A DNA stretch of 64,000 nt from assembly GCA_043228905.1 (NCBI GenBank), contig JBHGNT010000005.1, positions 16,926,001-16,990,000 on the forward strand. The letters are read 5' to 3'. This document shows positions 1 to 13,452 of this stretch, piece after piece. Position 1 is the first letter of the stretch. Each line of letters begins with the position of its first letter. A program made the translations under genes and the position numbers. Source of the DNA: Azolla caroliniana (taxonomy: Eukaryota > Plantae > Polypodiophyta). The notes under the pieces are model-generated. The model was not told the origin of the DNA. It saw only the letters and a program-made list of their open reading frames with translations, and searched no databases.

Positions 1-220
1 TTCAATTTTTACAATTATTTTTAAAAAAATTTAAAAATTATAAATTAAAAACCGTTAACCGTTTAAACCACGGTTTTTTACTGTTGAAACCGAACCGAAC
101 CATTTTAAAAAACCCAAACCTAAACCGAACCGTTGAAACCGTTAAGCCGTTAAACCGCGATTTCACGATTCGATTCGATTCGATTCGATTCGATTCAAAC
201 CGAACCATTGCCGATTGTTA
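1..220. mobile_element. End of a non-autonomous DNA transposon (hAT/MITE-like) with AAACCG subterminal repeats
   Basis: Many AAACCG/AACCG motifs and a (CGATT)n run end in cattgccgattgtta, which resembles a decayed hAT-type terminal inverted repeat. The other end lies outside the window. Confidence 0.55.
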
Positions 221-464
221 CTACAAACGTTGCATGCACTAGTAGCCATCTAAAAAGGATAAATTTAGTGGGACCCTTGAAAGACCAGATCCATCTCCAA
301 TAGTTTTTCAACTCCAAAGTTGAAACACCCCCGTTAGTCCAATGTTTTTGAGTTGTTGGCATCGTTACATTCCTAGACATCAATAATGACCTTCCAAGCT
401 TCACTGAATACTGAAAGAAGGGAACCTTTATGATCAAAGTTGAAACACTTTGATCGGGTAACAA
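221..464 (-). pseudogene. LINE (L1-type) ORF2 remnant, zf-RVT region
   Basis: The translation WRWIWSFKGPTKFILFRWLLVH matches the W..IW....P.K...F.W...H pattern of the zf-RVT domain. Confidence 0.55.
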
Positions 465-3400
465 TTCAGACTCTATTGAATGGGTGGGGAATTCTTGTTA
501 GATTAACCTTGCTATTGGACACTCTAATTAGGAATGTGGGATAAAGCAACAATGGTTAAAACAAACCCACCACGACTTACGTAACATTTTAGCTTGTCAA
601 GTCAACACAAATATAAGACGATATGAGGAATATTATAGTTGGGGTTTGGGGATGAATGGGAGAAACAGTTTACGTGACTACCATTGTATTGCTTACACTT
701 TTACTTGTCATGGTCTAATTCAGGATGCAATCATGCACCGTTATTTAATCATCTTCAATCCATCATTTGTAACAGACTAACCAAATTCCTTTCAAAAGAT
801 GTTCATTACTTTTCAAATCTCTGTAATAGCATTGAATGCATTTTCACTTGGTTTATCCTTAATATGTAATATATTTTTGTTTTTTCTTCCAAAAATGTAT
901 TTTTGTTTTCTTTTCCAAAGAAAAGATGTTAGATCAATATTAAGAAACATCCTAATGTTGTACATGAAATAAGTACATACAAGTAATTACCCCCATTTTT
1001 TTACCAAGGTTAAGATCTAATTATCTACTTAAATAAATACTTATGTGTACAATAAACCACTCCACCTTGTCAAAAAATTGTGTATAGAATATATATTTGT
1101 CTAAAATGGCATGAAACTCCAAACATTGTAATTTTGCCTGTTGAGTGTTACCCTTTATGTTATCCAAAGAACCTCTTAGATTATGCACAATCTTTGTCGA
1201 AATCCTAGTAATTGTCTGAATAGGCATTCCTATCACATTTCAAAATACCTTTAAGCACCTAGCCTTTTAAATATACCAAATCGTAATGCGACTTACCTAT
1301 TGCTATATTTGTGTTTTGCCAATAGCTATTTTTGGATTCAAGTGTATAGTTGTTGCTTGCATTGCACCATGTCTTAGAGAAAGTGCATCTATAACACCCT
1401 CCTGATCGTATAACATTGGTTGCTCTTGTACAACCACCCATAATGTGATCCACTTTTCAATAAAGTTCTCTAGGATCCCAAGTTAACTTGGACATTGGTC
1501 CCTTTTTCTTAATCCAAAACCTCCATAAAAGTTTCAGCTTTTGTGGATTCTGATCTATGAACCAGCTCATTCCATATATTTACTACCACCTTCACTTCTT
1601 TTTATGAACAAAAACAAAATAGATCATTTTCTATGTGCAATATAACCTACTATTGGCATGCACATCAAAAGTCATGAAACCTATTAACCCCATATATAAC
1701 ATTACTCCAATCAAAAGATTCATATGTATCGAAGATCCAAATTGCATGTTCACATTATAAAAGATGGTTTTTATTAGAGAAAACATTATTGTTCCTCCCC
1801 TTATCTTATTAATACGTTTTTTACTTTAAGGTAACAATTATTATATTGTTAATGGTGGTATCTCGAATGAATTCAAAATAAAACTATCTAGCGACCTAGT
1901 TCCTGACTATGACAAGTCATGGATATTAGTAAATGATGACTTGGTTCCTAAAAGAAATTGGCTATGTAGACTAGTATCTAGCCTTGGCAACAACTTAGGA
2001 CGCATGGTGAAAGCCCGCTAAAAAACATATTATAGTATGATGTCACGGTTTGATTATAAATATAAGGTTGTCCACTTTTACAAACACAGAGTCAAGTAGA
2101 AAAACGAAATTCTAACTCTAACTAGTTTTCTTCCATAATGAACGTATGGGGTGTTCAAATAATGCTTGAAGAAAACAATAAGTCTTCTGTTTTGTATTTT
2201 CTTTCGTTAATTTGATCTAGTATCATTGCACATTAATGATGTAAATGACTCAGGTTCTGTTTCTTACTTGAGGACAAAACTATGTTCACCTTTCTTGAAA
2301 AAACAAATGAAATTTAACCAAGCCTTCTATTGTCATGAGATTTGATTGCTCATATTCCAGAAAATAACAAGAAATACCTTATTATTATTACATTTTAATA
2401 ATGGAAAATCAAATTGTGCAACAAAAAACCATGCTTGATCTCATGTTGCATGTTGTTAATGAGAAATAAATTTAATTGTCAAGTTTTAGATACCAAAAGC
2501 AATATATTCTCTATTCCACGCATCAATCCTCAAACAACATGCAAAATCAAATTATATACACAAAAGTTACGAACTTATGCATTATACAATTGTTCTATAA
2601 TAAATATTTGCTTATTGTATGTTTTATGTTTTTTTTATTTTTCCAAAAAGATTTCCTTCATTAGTATTAAGAAAAAACGTTGTAAGGCTACAAACTGTAC
2701 AATTAGAGAGTGTTATATACAAAATGGATAATCATGGGAAGGGCTAGGGATGATGATATTTCCAGATAAGTCCTTGAGAAGAGACCGTGAATAGAGGCAA
2801 CTTCCTCCATAATGCGCATAAATAGAAATTGTTTTATGTATTATTTATTATAGTGAACATCAATTAAATAATGTGCATAAATAGAAATTGTCGTTATCCC
2901 CTTTTCTTATGTTAAAGGTCAATTAAATTTGCATGGCCCTTAAAAATGGAATCTTCTTTGACAAGGATAAAACACACAATCTCCCGTTCTGTTGTAATTT
3001 TCAATGATGAACACTTCATAATGGATTGGTTTTATATATTGATAATAAGTCATTAGAGGATACAAAGTAAGTGTGTGACAATATAGGACAGACAAATGTA
3101 TGCAAAATATTATGATTGCAATCAAATATAGCCTTCAACTGAAAAAGTGGTGGGATGATTTGCTTCTCCTCGTGATGGTCTACAAAATGTATAACCTCAC
3201 CATTCCTACAAATGCATCGTTTAGCAATCTAATACGGTTCTTCTTATTTTATGCCCCCCTTTGGGTGACCTTCAATGATTATGAACTTGCTCCCCATATT
3301 TTATCATTTTCTAACAAATCGTATTGTGTTAATGTGATTTTTTTTGTTCCAAGGAATGTAACCTTTATTTATTTGGAGGAACAATCTAACAACCCTTTTA

Positions 3401-6400
3401 AGTCAATAACCTCGACCTCTGTCAAAGTGTTACAACATTATTTGGATCACAAGCTAATATGAGTCTTCTTGTTTCAAAGTGATAAGCTAATGTGATTCTG
3501 TATCACACGAGATGATGGTCATTGACCCAAAGGGTTAAGATAATGTCCTTGTGAATCATTATGAAACATGTACGTTCATAAGGTGTATAATTTTGCATGT
3601 AATTAAAAGAAATATCTAGTATGTTCAAACCTTTGATCATGTGATTCTAGAGTTTTCATAAGCATAGATTTTAAATCAATTCTAATAAACAAATAGTCAC
3701 GATATCTTATGAAAGTGTCAGACAAATATCTACACAAACAAACATAATCTTCAATACGTACATATAATGTTGGGCCAAATGCAATATTTCTGTCCTCCTC
3801 GACTCTACTTCTAGATCAGGCGTGTACCGATAATATTTTACTGTATTCTCATCGAGAAATTTGCTCTAAAACAACATATAAAATTATGTGACTCGTTTTT
3901 CAAAACAATATTGTCTACTTTATATTATGGTGCCTATGTCTGTATTTAGAAATACATTTTATTTTGGTTCCTTTATTCATTGCATAACTCACGCTTGGAA
4001 TTGCTTCATCCACTGATACGAAAAAACATTGGCATTGCATTGAAACTAACTTATTTTACTAGATAAGTGTATATCTATTATTATTTTTAACAGTGGTACA
4101 CTTAGGTATTTACAAATTATGGACTCTTTGAATTTAATATGTATTTGTTGGTCTTTGTGATTTGATTCCAACATCTTTGAACATTGAAAGTACATGTACA
4201 TGCTTCCTCTAAATTTTGGTAGTTGTTTCGTGTCATGTCTTGAGGCCGGGGGTCCATGTCTTTAGACATACACAAAAATAACAAATCACCCTTTCCCAAC
4301 TAGTCTAGACTCTAAACAATATTTTAAATTTAGTATTTGTTTTTAAAATCACAAGCACTAATCCAGTTATCTCCTTTGTATTATATCTTGGTTCATATAA
4401 TGTATTAACTCTTTTGTCATGATAAATAATTTTGGGGTGTTAAGTTAATAATATCTAATAATAGCTTTGTTCTTTACTTGATTTGTTTATAGTATCGTAA
4501 CTTTATTGTTTACTTGAGATCTAGTTTACAACTTAATAGAAAGAAGTTTCGGAAACCTCAACTTTTGATATCTTAACCAAGCAAGGATAATGACGTCTTA
4601 ACATTTTTGCTCAATAGTGGTATCGAAGTATTTGATAATGTCAAGTGGTCAATTCACATACATCAAAGGAAGAGTTTGAAAGAATATATTTAGTAAGCTT
4701 ATCTACTTAGAACCAACTTGGCCAAGTGACAAGTATACTTGATTGAATCAAATATGAGATCATGATGTTGAACTCAACAACAAGGTTATGTGCCTTATAA
4801 TGGTGTTAGAGCATGCAACTTAGGACAATCCATTAATGTTGTATAAACGTTTCAAAAAACTTTGGAAAGAGGGGTGGAGTTAATAACTACACAAAAGTTG
4901 TAATATAGCTTGGCGCATTGCCGAAAAGTGGTCAAAGAGGGTTGAAGGCAATATAATTGGCGGTCTCTTCCATACAATAGATGAATAAAAATTTATAACT
5001 ACACAAATGGTCCTAGCAAAGTGATGTAGGTGATTGACTTAATGAAAGAAGTCTGGATGTCAAGTCTTTATAAGGGTATGTACCCAATACATATTTGGAA
5101 GCGCCAAAATGTTAATCAATAAGAATCCAAGGTTAAAAAAGGATGGAAAACATTGAGAGGCTAGTGGATCAATTTTGAAGATGTTCTCTAACTTTTAAAA
5201 GGTAGTTTATGTTAGCTCGAGAAGGTTTGCTTTTGGCACCAACAACTGTCAAATGTGTGAATCGTGCCAAACAAATCAACAATCTTTATATCCTTAGTGT
5301 GAGAAGAAAATGCATTGATTATGCATATTGCTTACTTTATTAAATGCACTAGACAAATTTGATTAGTGGGTGATTTTGAATCAATTGAGTCAATTTTAGC
5401 ATAAGTGGTTTATTTTACACCAGTTGACTTTAAAAAAATAATATTGTGATTTGCTTATTAATTTAGTGCGATAAATCCCAAAATGCTAACCACAAAATTT
5501 GGCTTTTTCTAATTCGCAAAGAGATGTCTAATAGGGACATCCATGTGAGGAAATAGTACAATGCTGACAAAAAAAGGAACAATGCATCTTGCATTATTCT
5601 AGAGGAAGATGAGAGTTTAAAAGGACAACTCCGTGTGCGTTTGAGAAGACACACATTAATAGAAAACTATTGATCTAATGCAATGGGGGGATAGGCCTAA
5701 AGGGAAACATGGGAATGTAATACATGTACGAGTACATATGTTTGTGCATGCGTGCATGCGATCTACGACTAGATAGGTTGTTGTCTCTCTTATTAGAATT
5801 CTCTAATAAATAAAGCAAAGAAAGTGAAGACCACAAGCGAGAGCAAACTACTCTACGACTCTCTAGTAAATAAAGAAGTGTATGTGCATGTGTGTTTAGA
5901 AAAGAAGAAAACATAAAGGTATGCATCTCTAACTGTGGTTTCTAGCTTTTATTACGTTAAAGTTGTTTTCATTATGATGTATGCACTCTTCTTCATGTTA
6001 GATTATCCCTAATCATCCCTCTTGGTCATGCACGCACATGTCAAACCATACATTGCAATGTATGTTTATGTATGTGGGTTTGTGCACATAAAATTGTGTG
6101 TGTGTATGTGTGTGTACATATTTGCATGGGTGCGCACGAGTGCACACATAATTTAATGAGGACTTCTTCCTCGGGGAGCTCCTTATATCATTATCACTTT
6201 TCATATATCTCGAGACGTAACTTATATAATCCCTGCCATTACACATATCATCACAGTAATCTCACTCTCCATCTATTCTTGTATAACTCATGTTTGTCAT
6301 TACTTATTTATGATATAGAATAGGCTAGCAATACATAGATTCAACCTTGAGTTTCCTCAATTATTAGATCAACCTTAGCTTTAATATTATGCCTTACTAA

Positions 6401-6479
6401 TCAATCAGTCACTCAATTGAGAGCTAGATATTTTACTCTTTGCTTGTAAGTAGGCTTGTTTTAGATATTTCAATACCTC

Positions 6480-8429
6480 ATGGGTATGTTTATAAATTAC
6501 CTTATGGGTGTGTCGGGTAAGAGTGGGTTCGGTTCAAGCTCAACCGCGGAGGATGTTACTTTCGGCATGTCTTTATGCAATCTTACATCCATTGTCACAG
6601 GTTTTCATATCCTTCCTAATATTTCTCTAATACATCTTCTCTTTCATTGCATGTGCACATTCATCTCTCCCTCAATAATGAGAGGATACTATGGTATGCC
6701 CGATGCATAAATCTACGAGGACAATGCAATAGGCGGGTTTGTGCTTAAGTACATAGATAAGTAGCTGATTATTTTGTGTAATTGTTGCAAATATTTTGAT
6801 TTAATAATATATTTCTTGGTAATTATAATTAGAGAGGCATAGTGATCAATAAACCCCATCAACTTCATTAAAAGTATTTCCTTTTTTCTATAATACTTTA
6901 ATATTATTTCATGAGACAATAATTGCTTTTTTATTTAAGGTTTTTGGTATGTTAATCTTTAGGCAAATGTTAATATGCTAAAGCTCCCTCCTCTAGACAT
7001 AAACTCATGGCTTAGCCTCAACTCCCCCTTACCCCAACAACTTGGCAAATTCAACAACATTGACTCGACATTGCAACTTGTTTTGAAGGTCACACTTTAC
7101 TGAATAAGCATTATTATTCTTGACCACACATCTAGATCACCTTTTGAAAACTTGACTAATTTGGAATTGGCATAGATGACACTTGTTGTAACGTATCATG
7201 AGAGTACGAAACCTCACAATTTCCTTGATCAAGACATATCAAACCCAACTTCTTTAAATTGACATTAATGACTATTTGAATTGGTCTAAGAAAACTTACT
7301 CCTAATTGGCATGGCATATGTAGTATTTCTAGAGAATTGTTAATGCATCTCAGTTAGGGAACACAAAGATATTCAAGAAATATTGTAACACAACATTGAA
7401 GTTGATTCTACAATCGTCTTGTCACAATAACATCATTCCCTAAATGATAACATGACAAATCATGTTGGATGTAGGGGCGACATCTGGAATTGGGGCGGAG
7501 ACAGCAAGAGTATTAGCGAAGAGGGGTGCATGTGTAGTGATTCCCGCAAGGAATGTTAAAGCCGCACAAACCCTCAAGAACTCTATCTTCCAAGAGACTC
7601 CTAATGCCAAAATCATCATCCTTCGCATGGACCTAAGTTCCCTCTCTTCAGTCCGCTCCTTCGTAAACCAATTCCTAAGCCTTGGGTTACCTCTCAATAT
7701 CCTAATGTACTTGAACACCTCTTTCTTCATTAATATTTTATGTTAATTTAGTTAACTTATTGAAATAAGTACTCAATAAAAAAGAAAACCATGATTCTAT
7801 TAAACTTCCCCATCATTTTCCTCATTATTATCATAACATGATGACTAAAACGAAATAAACAAACTAAGCCATGAGAAGTATCGATTTTTCTTTCAAAGTA
7901 ATAGTTTGTCGAAGAAACTTACCCAAGTGTCACTTTCATTGCGGCATTGGTGTTATATTAAAAAACATAAATCAATTTAATACATGTTTAAAAATATATA
8001 TTTTTCCTTTCCGCGATGACACAAATTACAATTCTTGATCTTTTTGGTTAGAAATAATGCGGGCGTTTTCTGTAAGACATTCAAGCAATCAGATGATGGG
8101 TTCGAGATGAGTTTCGCCACTAACCACCTTGGTTAGTAAATTATATTTGAAAAATGAAACGTTAGTCGAATGTATTTGGAGTATTTTTTATTGTAGGATT
8201 GGGATGATTCTAGGTTGACGGCGGATTAAGATGACTAATTTGGTGATGATTTAACAGGGCATTTTGTGTTGACAAATATGCTACTAGAGAGGATGGTGGA
8301 GAGTGCAAGAGAAAGTGGTGTTCAAGGAAGGATTGTGAATGTGTCATCTTGCCTCCACACATGGGTGCCTAGTAGAGGCATTTCTTTCCTCACACTCAAT
8401 GACAAAAACAGGTTAATCAATGCTTTTTG

Positions 8430-8470
<41 letters not shown>

Positions 8471-11400
8471 ATAAACACACACATCCATATATGTTTTCCT
8501 TATTCCGTAAAGCTGTAATGGATGGTTAGAAAACAAAACTATTTTACCGATTACGATGCTACAACGACCTCTACATGTGTCCTTTATTTAATGAAACGAT
8601 TATCCTAATAGGGAACAAACCATGTCCAAGGTCATGTTTGTTTATATATCATTTTTTATAATATAGCATAGAGACAAAAAAACAACTTTTCCTGTGTATG
8701 TGCACATGCGTGCATACGACCTAATATTCGTACTCCTAAATGAGGGGGAAAAGGAATGTTGCATTATATAGGCTTCATGTTACATGACTATGCTGGTAAT
8801 TTGTTTCTATTGTGTGAGTGAGTGAGTGTTTTCTTTTCTATCCAATACCAATTGTAAAGTTATTTAGTTAAAATGGAGATGTTAAAACTTTCAACTAGTC
8901 TGATAGTGATGGTAAGAAAAGGTACTCTTTAGCATGCTCTTTAACTTCGAACCAGAGAGAAAGCAACAAAAAACAAGAGAGCAATAACTGTTAAAGTGGT
9001 GAAATAACCACTAAAGTAGGAGCAATAACTAATAATGAAGGAAGTTGACAATAACTTACAAAAGCATGTTTCCTTACAAATGTATGTTGTGTCTCTAGGG
9101 TCACGAGTGTGCTTGTACAATCGTGTAGCTTCAATCAATGTTGCATAATACCATACCCCTTTCTCAAGTTCACTATTCCCGTCAATGGATGAGGAGAAAA
9201 GACTTTTCCTACTTTTTTTCCTGAAACAAAGAATTTGCCTTAGGTAAGCTTCATGCGAACATGAATGCACGTATGTGTGTGAACTTATGGGTGTTTTGTA
9301 TTTGTCCTATGTCCCTATTAGTTTGCAACATATGGCTATTCCCAAAAGTGTAGGAAAGATGTTTCCTTCGGTAACCAAACCCTAGGTGTATAGATTCTTG
9401 CCCATGTGACAAACATATATTTATCATGCATGTTTATACAATTTGATAGTGAAATTAGTGTTAGCAAACAGCCAATGTGTTTGTTGTCATATTGTTTTAA
9501 GTTTTATTTGAGATTTACAATGTCATTCTAACAAAGAAACAAAATCATTGGCCCAAAATGATTGTGCTAAGATTATCATAAGAAAAATTGAAGCATTGCA
9601 TGTTGAGTAGAAGTGCAAGATAATGTCTTTTTGTGTGACATTGCATACCATCTTTACAAACTTGATAAGGAAATGTATGTAGGATAACAAACTTAAAAAA
9701 CAACATCATCCTTATTAAAAAACTATTACTTTAGAATGCGTGTTGATAGGAAAATTCGCATCTCAATGCTACTCGTAGACATCCCTTTTAGACAAGAGCA
9801 AATCAATCATAGCATGATAGTAATGCCTTAATCATAATTTGAGTTGAGCATAGTATATGAATCCAACCCAACATTTCTAAACCACAAAGCGAAAAATATT
9901 TGTGGAAAGATATTTGAATATGTTGATCACAAGAAAAATATTTTGTGACGATGGAAAAATACAATGCTTGAAAACAATGTGATACAAACAACGTCAATTC
10001 AGTTACAATACATGATATAGCTATTGCCTTATGCCTCACTACCGTCTCTTTGCCATCAACATCATGTGCTCGTTTTTTGGGACCCTCCATTAAACCTTTT
10101 TACCACACCTTTTGTTACTATTGGAAAACATATGTCTTGCTTTATCTTTTGAGTCATATTTATGCAAAGAGATTCATCTGACAATATTAAATGTGAATAT
10201 TGAACTAAGTGCATCAATCCTCATTGTGGCCATTAACTTAAGAATGGGAGATATTTATCACCACATATCTCCTGTTGTGCAAACAACCCTGTGATGGTAA
10301 ATAGTTTGCTTTTGAAATCAATATGAATGTTACTTTTGTTGTTTATAATTACTCTAACAATGAGGATGTATCAATATTCTTGTGTCTATTTTTGATATGG
10401 ATAAAGCATTGTTCCACGTTCATTCAGTTTTTCCTTGTTGAGGTTATACAAGTGACACTTGTTGCCCCTTTTCCCTTGATAACATGTTAAAAGGAAATGC
10501 CAGAAGGCATCCTATGGAGATGATCAAATCACAAAACTCCGCACATTAGTTTTCAAAGGAGAAATGACCATGTTTGTTAAACTAGTGTTTCATGATTGTT
10601 TACTTTTAAAAGCATTATTATTTTGTTTTTCCAAACATGAGGAGTCCCAAGAAGAACGTGATGTAAGATTCAAACATATCACTCCAACAATGTGTTGCAT
10701 ATGCCATAATAAGATTGGCACTTAGAACATTGCTTTCAACTTAATGTAAGTATCCACTTAACATTTTTACAAATATTACATAATAGGTTTGCTTTTACAT
10801 TGTATTATACAAACCCTTGTAAAGTTAGCATTCAACAAAAAAATGAGCCACCTAGATTGGAAGTAGCTATCCCTAATGGGCCCATTTAATGTCATTCAAA
10901 CATTCAGGCAAATCTCTTGTGACTCACATTCAAGCACTCATAAGATAAAATTAAATTGTTTCAAAATGAAATTATCTATTTATTTAAAACAAGCAAAGTA
11001 TTACAATTTACAAGCATAGCAAAGTGTGAAGTTTGTTGAAGTGTCTTTTTGTAACCACATTTTCTTGTTTTACAAGGTTTGATGTCATTTCCTCTATTTC
11101 TCTTGTAGTTATGTGGAGACAGTAAATTATGCACAATCAAAGCTTGCAAACATCCTTCATGCCAAGGAGCTTGCAAGGAGACTAAAGGTTTGTTTGGAAT
11201 TGTAATGTATGAGAAATTATACACTTTTATGATTGTCTTTTTTGTCTTTCCAGCATAGACATGCACTCATTCATCTCACAATACATTCATATGTTCTTAT
11301 GTTAAGTGTATACACGCCACGAATATGCACCATACAACTCTTCAAAATCGGATCAAATTATATTTCACAAAATATTGAATAGGCTAAGAATTACTCCATG

Positions 11401-12093
11401 GCCAGGAAGCTAAAGCGTATGTCACTGCAAATTCCATACATCCAGGAATTGTGAAAACAAATATAATTCGTGATCGAAAATGCTTTGTTATAGGTAAGGA
11501 CCTGCTGATTTACTTGAACTTTGTTACACTAATTTTGTCACTTCATTATTCGAGGGAAAATAAATTACCATATAAAGAGGTTGATAATTTCATTGTTTAG
11601 ATGCCATAATGAGAGTTGCATCGGTTTTTATGAAGACAATCCCTCAGGTAACTTTACTACATATTAAAACTCATAATGTAAAAGTGGAAGTGATTTTAAT
11701 GCATTGAAAACACTTAACAAAATATAAAAGCATTGTGTCTGTATATATCTAGTAATCTAATGTCTATTCTCATCTAATGTAGATACATTCTCTAAATTAA
11801 TCTTTTCAATCGTGAAACCATGCAATTCAAGATCTCTAATTTTGTAATCGTATCTTGTTACATAACTTTATTTCATGAGTTTGTTGGGAGCACTTTCTTA
11901 TAATCTGTGTATTTGGATTGTTGTAAAGGGTGCTGCTACGGTATGCTATGTTGCAACACATCCTGATGTGAAAGGAATATCAGGAAAATATTTTGTTGAC
12001 TGTAATGAAGCTGAATGCTCAACCTTGGCCAATGACAATGAGGAAGCAAATAGACTTTGGGCATTTAGTGAGAAAGTTACTAGATTATGCTAA
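6480..12093 (+). CDS. Short-chain dehydrogenase/reductase, TIC32/RDH12-like; 8 exons: 6480-6600, 7475-7706, 8052-8131, 8258-8411, 11109-11187, 11406-11493, 11601-11647, 11929-12093 (966 nt, 321 aa)
   Basis: All introns are GT-AG and the phases are consistent. Motifs: GKSGFGSSSTAEDVT, TGATSGIG (Rossmann fold), NNAG, FATNHLGHF, RIVNVSS, catalytic YAQSK, NSIHPG and GAATVCYVATHP..SGKYFVDCN. Confidence 0.93.
8430..8470. repeat. Compound (CT)n(CA)n microsatellite in SDR intron 4
   Basis: Directly visible in the sequence. Confidence 0.9.
9700..10100 (-). pseudogene. Highly decayed Ty3 integrase remnant inside the 2.7-kb intron 4
   Basis: Fragmentary motifs appear in shifting frames (FV..C..., F.NVGLD, trace of the D.FSK region) in the order expected for integrase. 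Confidence 0.3.
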
Positions 12094-12888
12094 CACATGT
12101 TTCCTTATGGTAGGATATGTACTATAGTTGTGCGGCGTGCCTTCACATACCATGAGGAGCTTACTTATCTAGAAATTAAATGCTTTGACATCTTCAACAA
12201 AGAAGGGTGAAGATTTCATTGCAATTGTTTCGTAAGATGCTCTCCCACATGTACATACAAGAAGAAGGCTAACAATAGTGAAGATTCATGCATATGTAAA
12301 TGATATTATTTGCAAGGGAATTAAAATGCTTCCAACTTAGTATACTTGTAAATTATCTCATGCACTTGCTTTTGTTTTTATGAAAGAAACCCTTTTCTAT
12401 CTAGTTCCACATGTTTGTGGTTTTTTAAAGCATATACTTTAAACAATGTGGTTTTGATAAGCTTGATTCTAAAACGAAGACATTGCATGGCAAGCACAAT
12501 CAATAAAATGTTACCTTATAATTTTAAATTAAATAAACATTGTAATATAATTGTAAAGTTTATACTCTACTATATTTCAATAACATTTTGAAGTCTAAAA
12601 GATATTTTTAGTATGATGTTTGGTGTAAACAAAATTCTGGATATTAGTGTGAAATCATGTGGATTCTAAGCTTTCCCTTAAAGAATTCACTTTACAAAGA
12701 GAAAAGGCTTAAGATGTAACAAACACTCTTTGATTGATTTTTCTAGAATTCCATGAATATAAGTGAATAAATCGAATAGACATTAGTATTGAAAGATGAG
12801 ATGCATAACAAAATCTCACGTGAAGTTACGTTTGTACGTGTTCTACTTGAGCAAAACCATCGGGGACTTGAACCAAAGACAATTGGTG

Positions 12889-13175
12889 ACTCAAAGGCTC
12901 GTCAAAGTTGAATGATCGTCAGTGTCAAAAGATCGTTAGAGTTGAACGATCCTACAAGTTGAAGGATTTGCTCAGTCGAAAGTAGCTTAGAGTCAAAGAG
13001 TCGAAGATTTTCCAAACTTAAAGACTCGTTAGAGTCAAAAGTAACCCTGAGTCGAAGAATTCGTAGAGTCGTAGAATAGTTAGAGTCGAATGTACCCTAG
13101 AGTCGAAGGTTATGTAGAGTCAAAGGTAATACAAAGTTGAAGGTAAGTTAGAGCCGAATGCTCGGCATAGTTGAA
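12889..13175 (+). repeat. Phased 17-bp array with an AGTCGAA-like core and variable spacers (~17 units)
   Basis: Example consecutive units: agtcgaatgtaccctag / agtcgaaggttatgtag / agtcaaaggtaatacaa / agttgaaggtaagttag / agccgaatgctcggcat. Confidence 0.85.
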
Positions 13176-13452
13176 CCCTTGCAATGAGAACCAACACAAG
13201 CTTCAATTCCCTAATCATATGTAATCCTCAAAAGAGCTTGTCTTAGTTTGTTGGGTTTAGGATTGTAGATGGACGAGAAAGATAGATTGAAATATATGTC
13301 AAACAGAAAAACGGCAAAATACATAGTACAAAATGTTAGTTGGTCGGCTCCCCGAGAGACAATGGTCGACAACTCGGAGTCGAGGCTGAACAGTATGAAA
13401 GGACACATTTCAAAATATAATTTTAGCCGAGTATAAAAATATAGTAATTTAG

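Noticed and set aside
470-6400. Short ORFs upstream of the SDR gene
   Set aside because: They are AT-rich with no coherent exon chain or domain, and are probably decayed TE sequence that I cannot assign.
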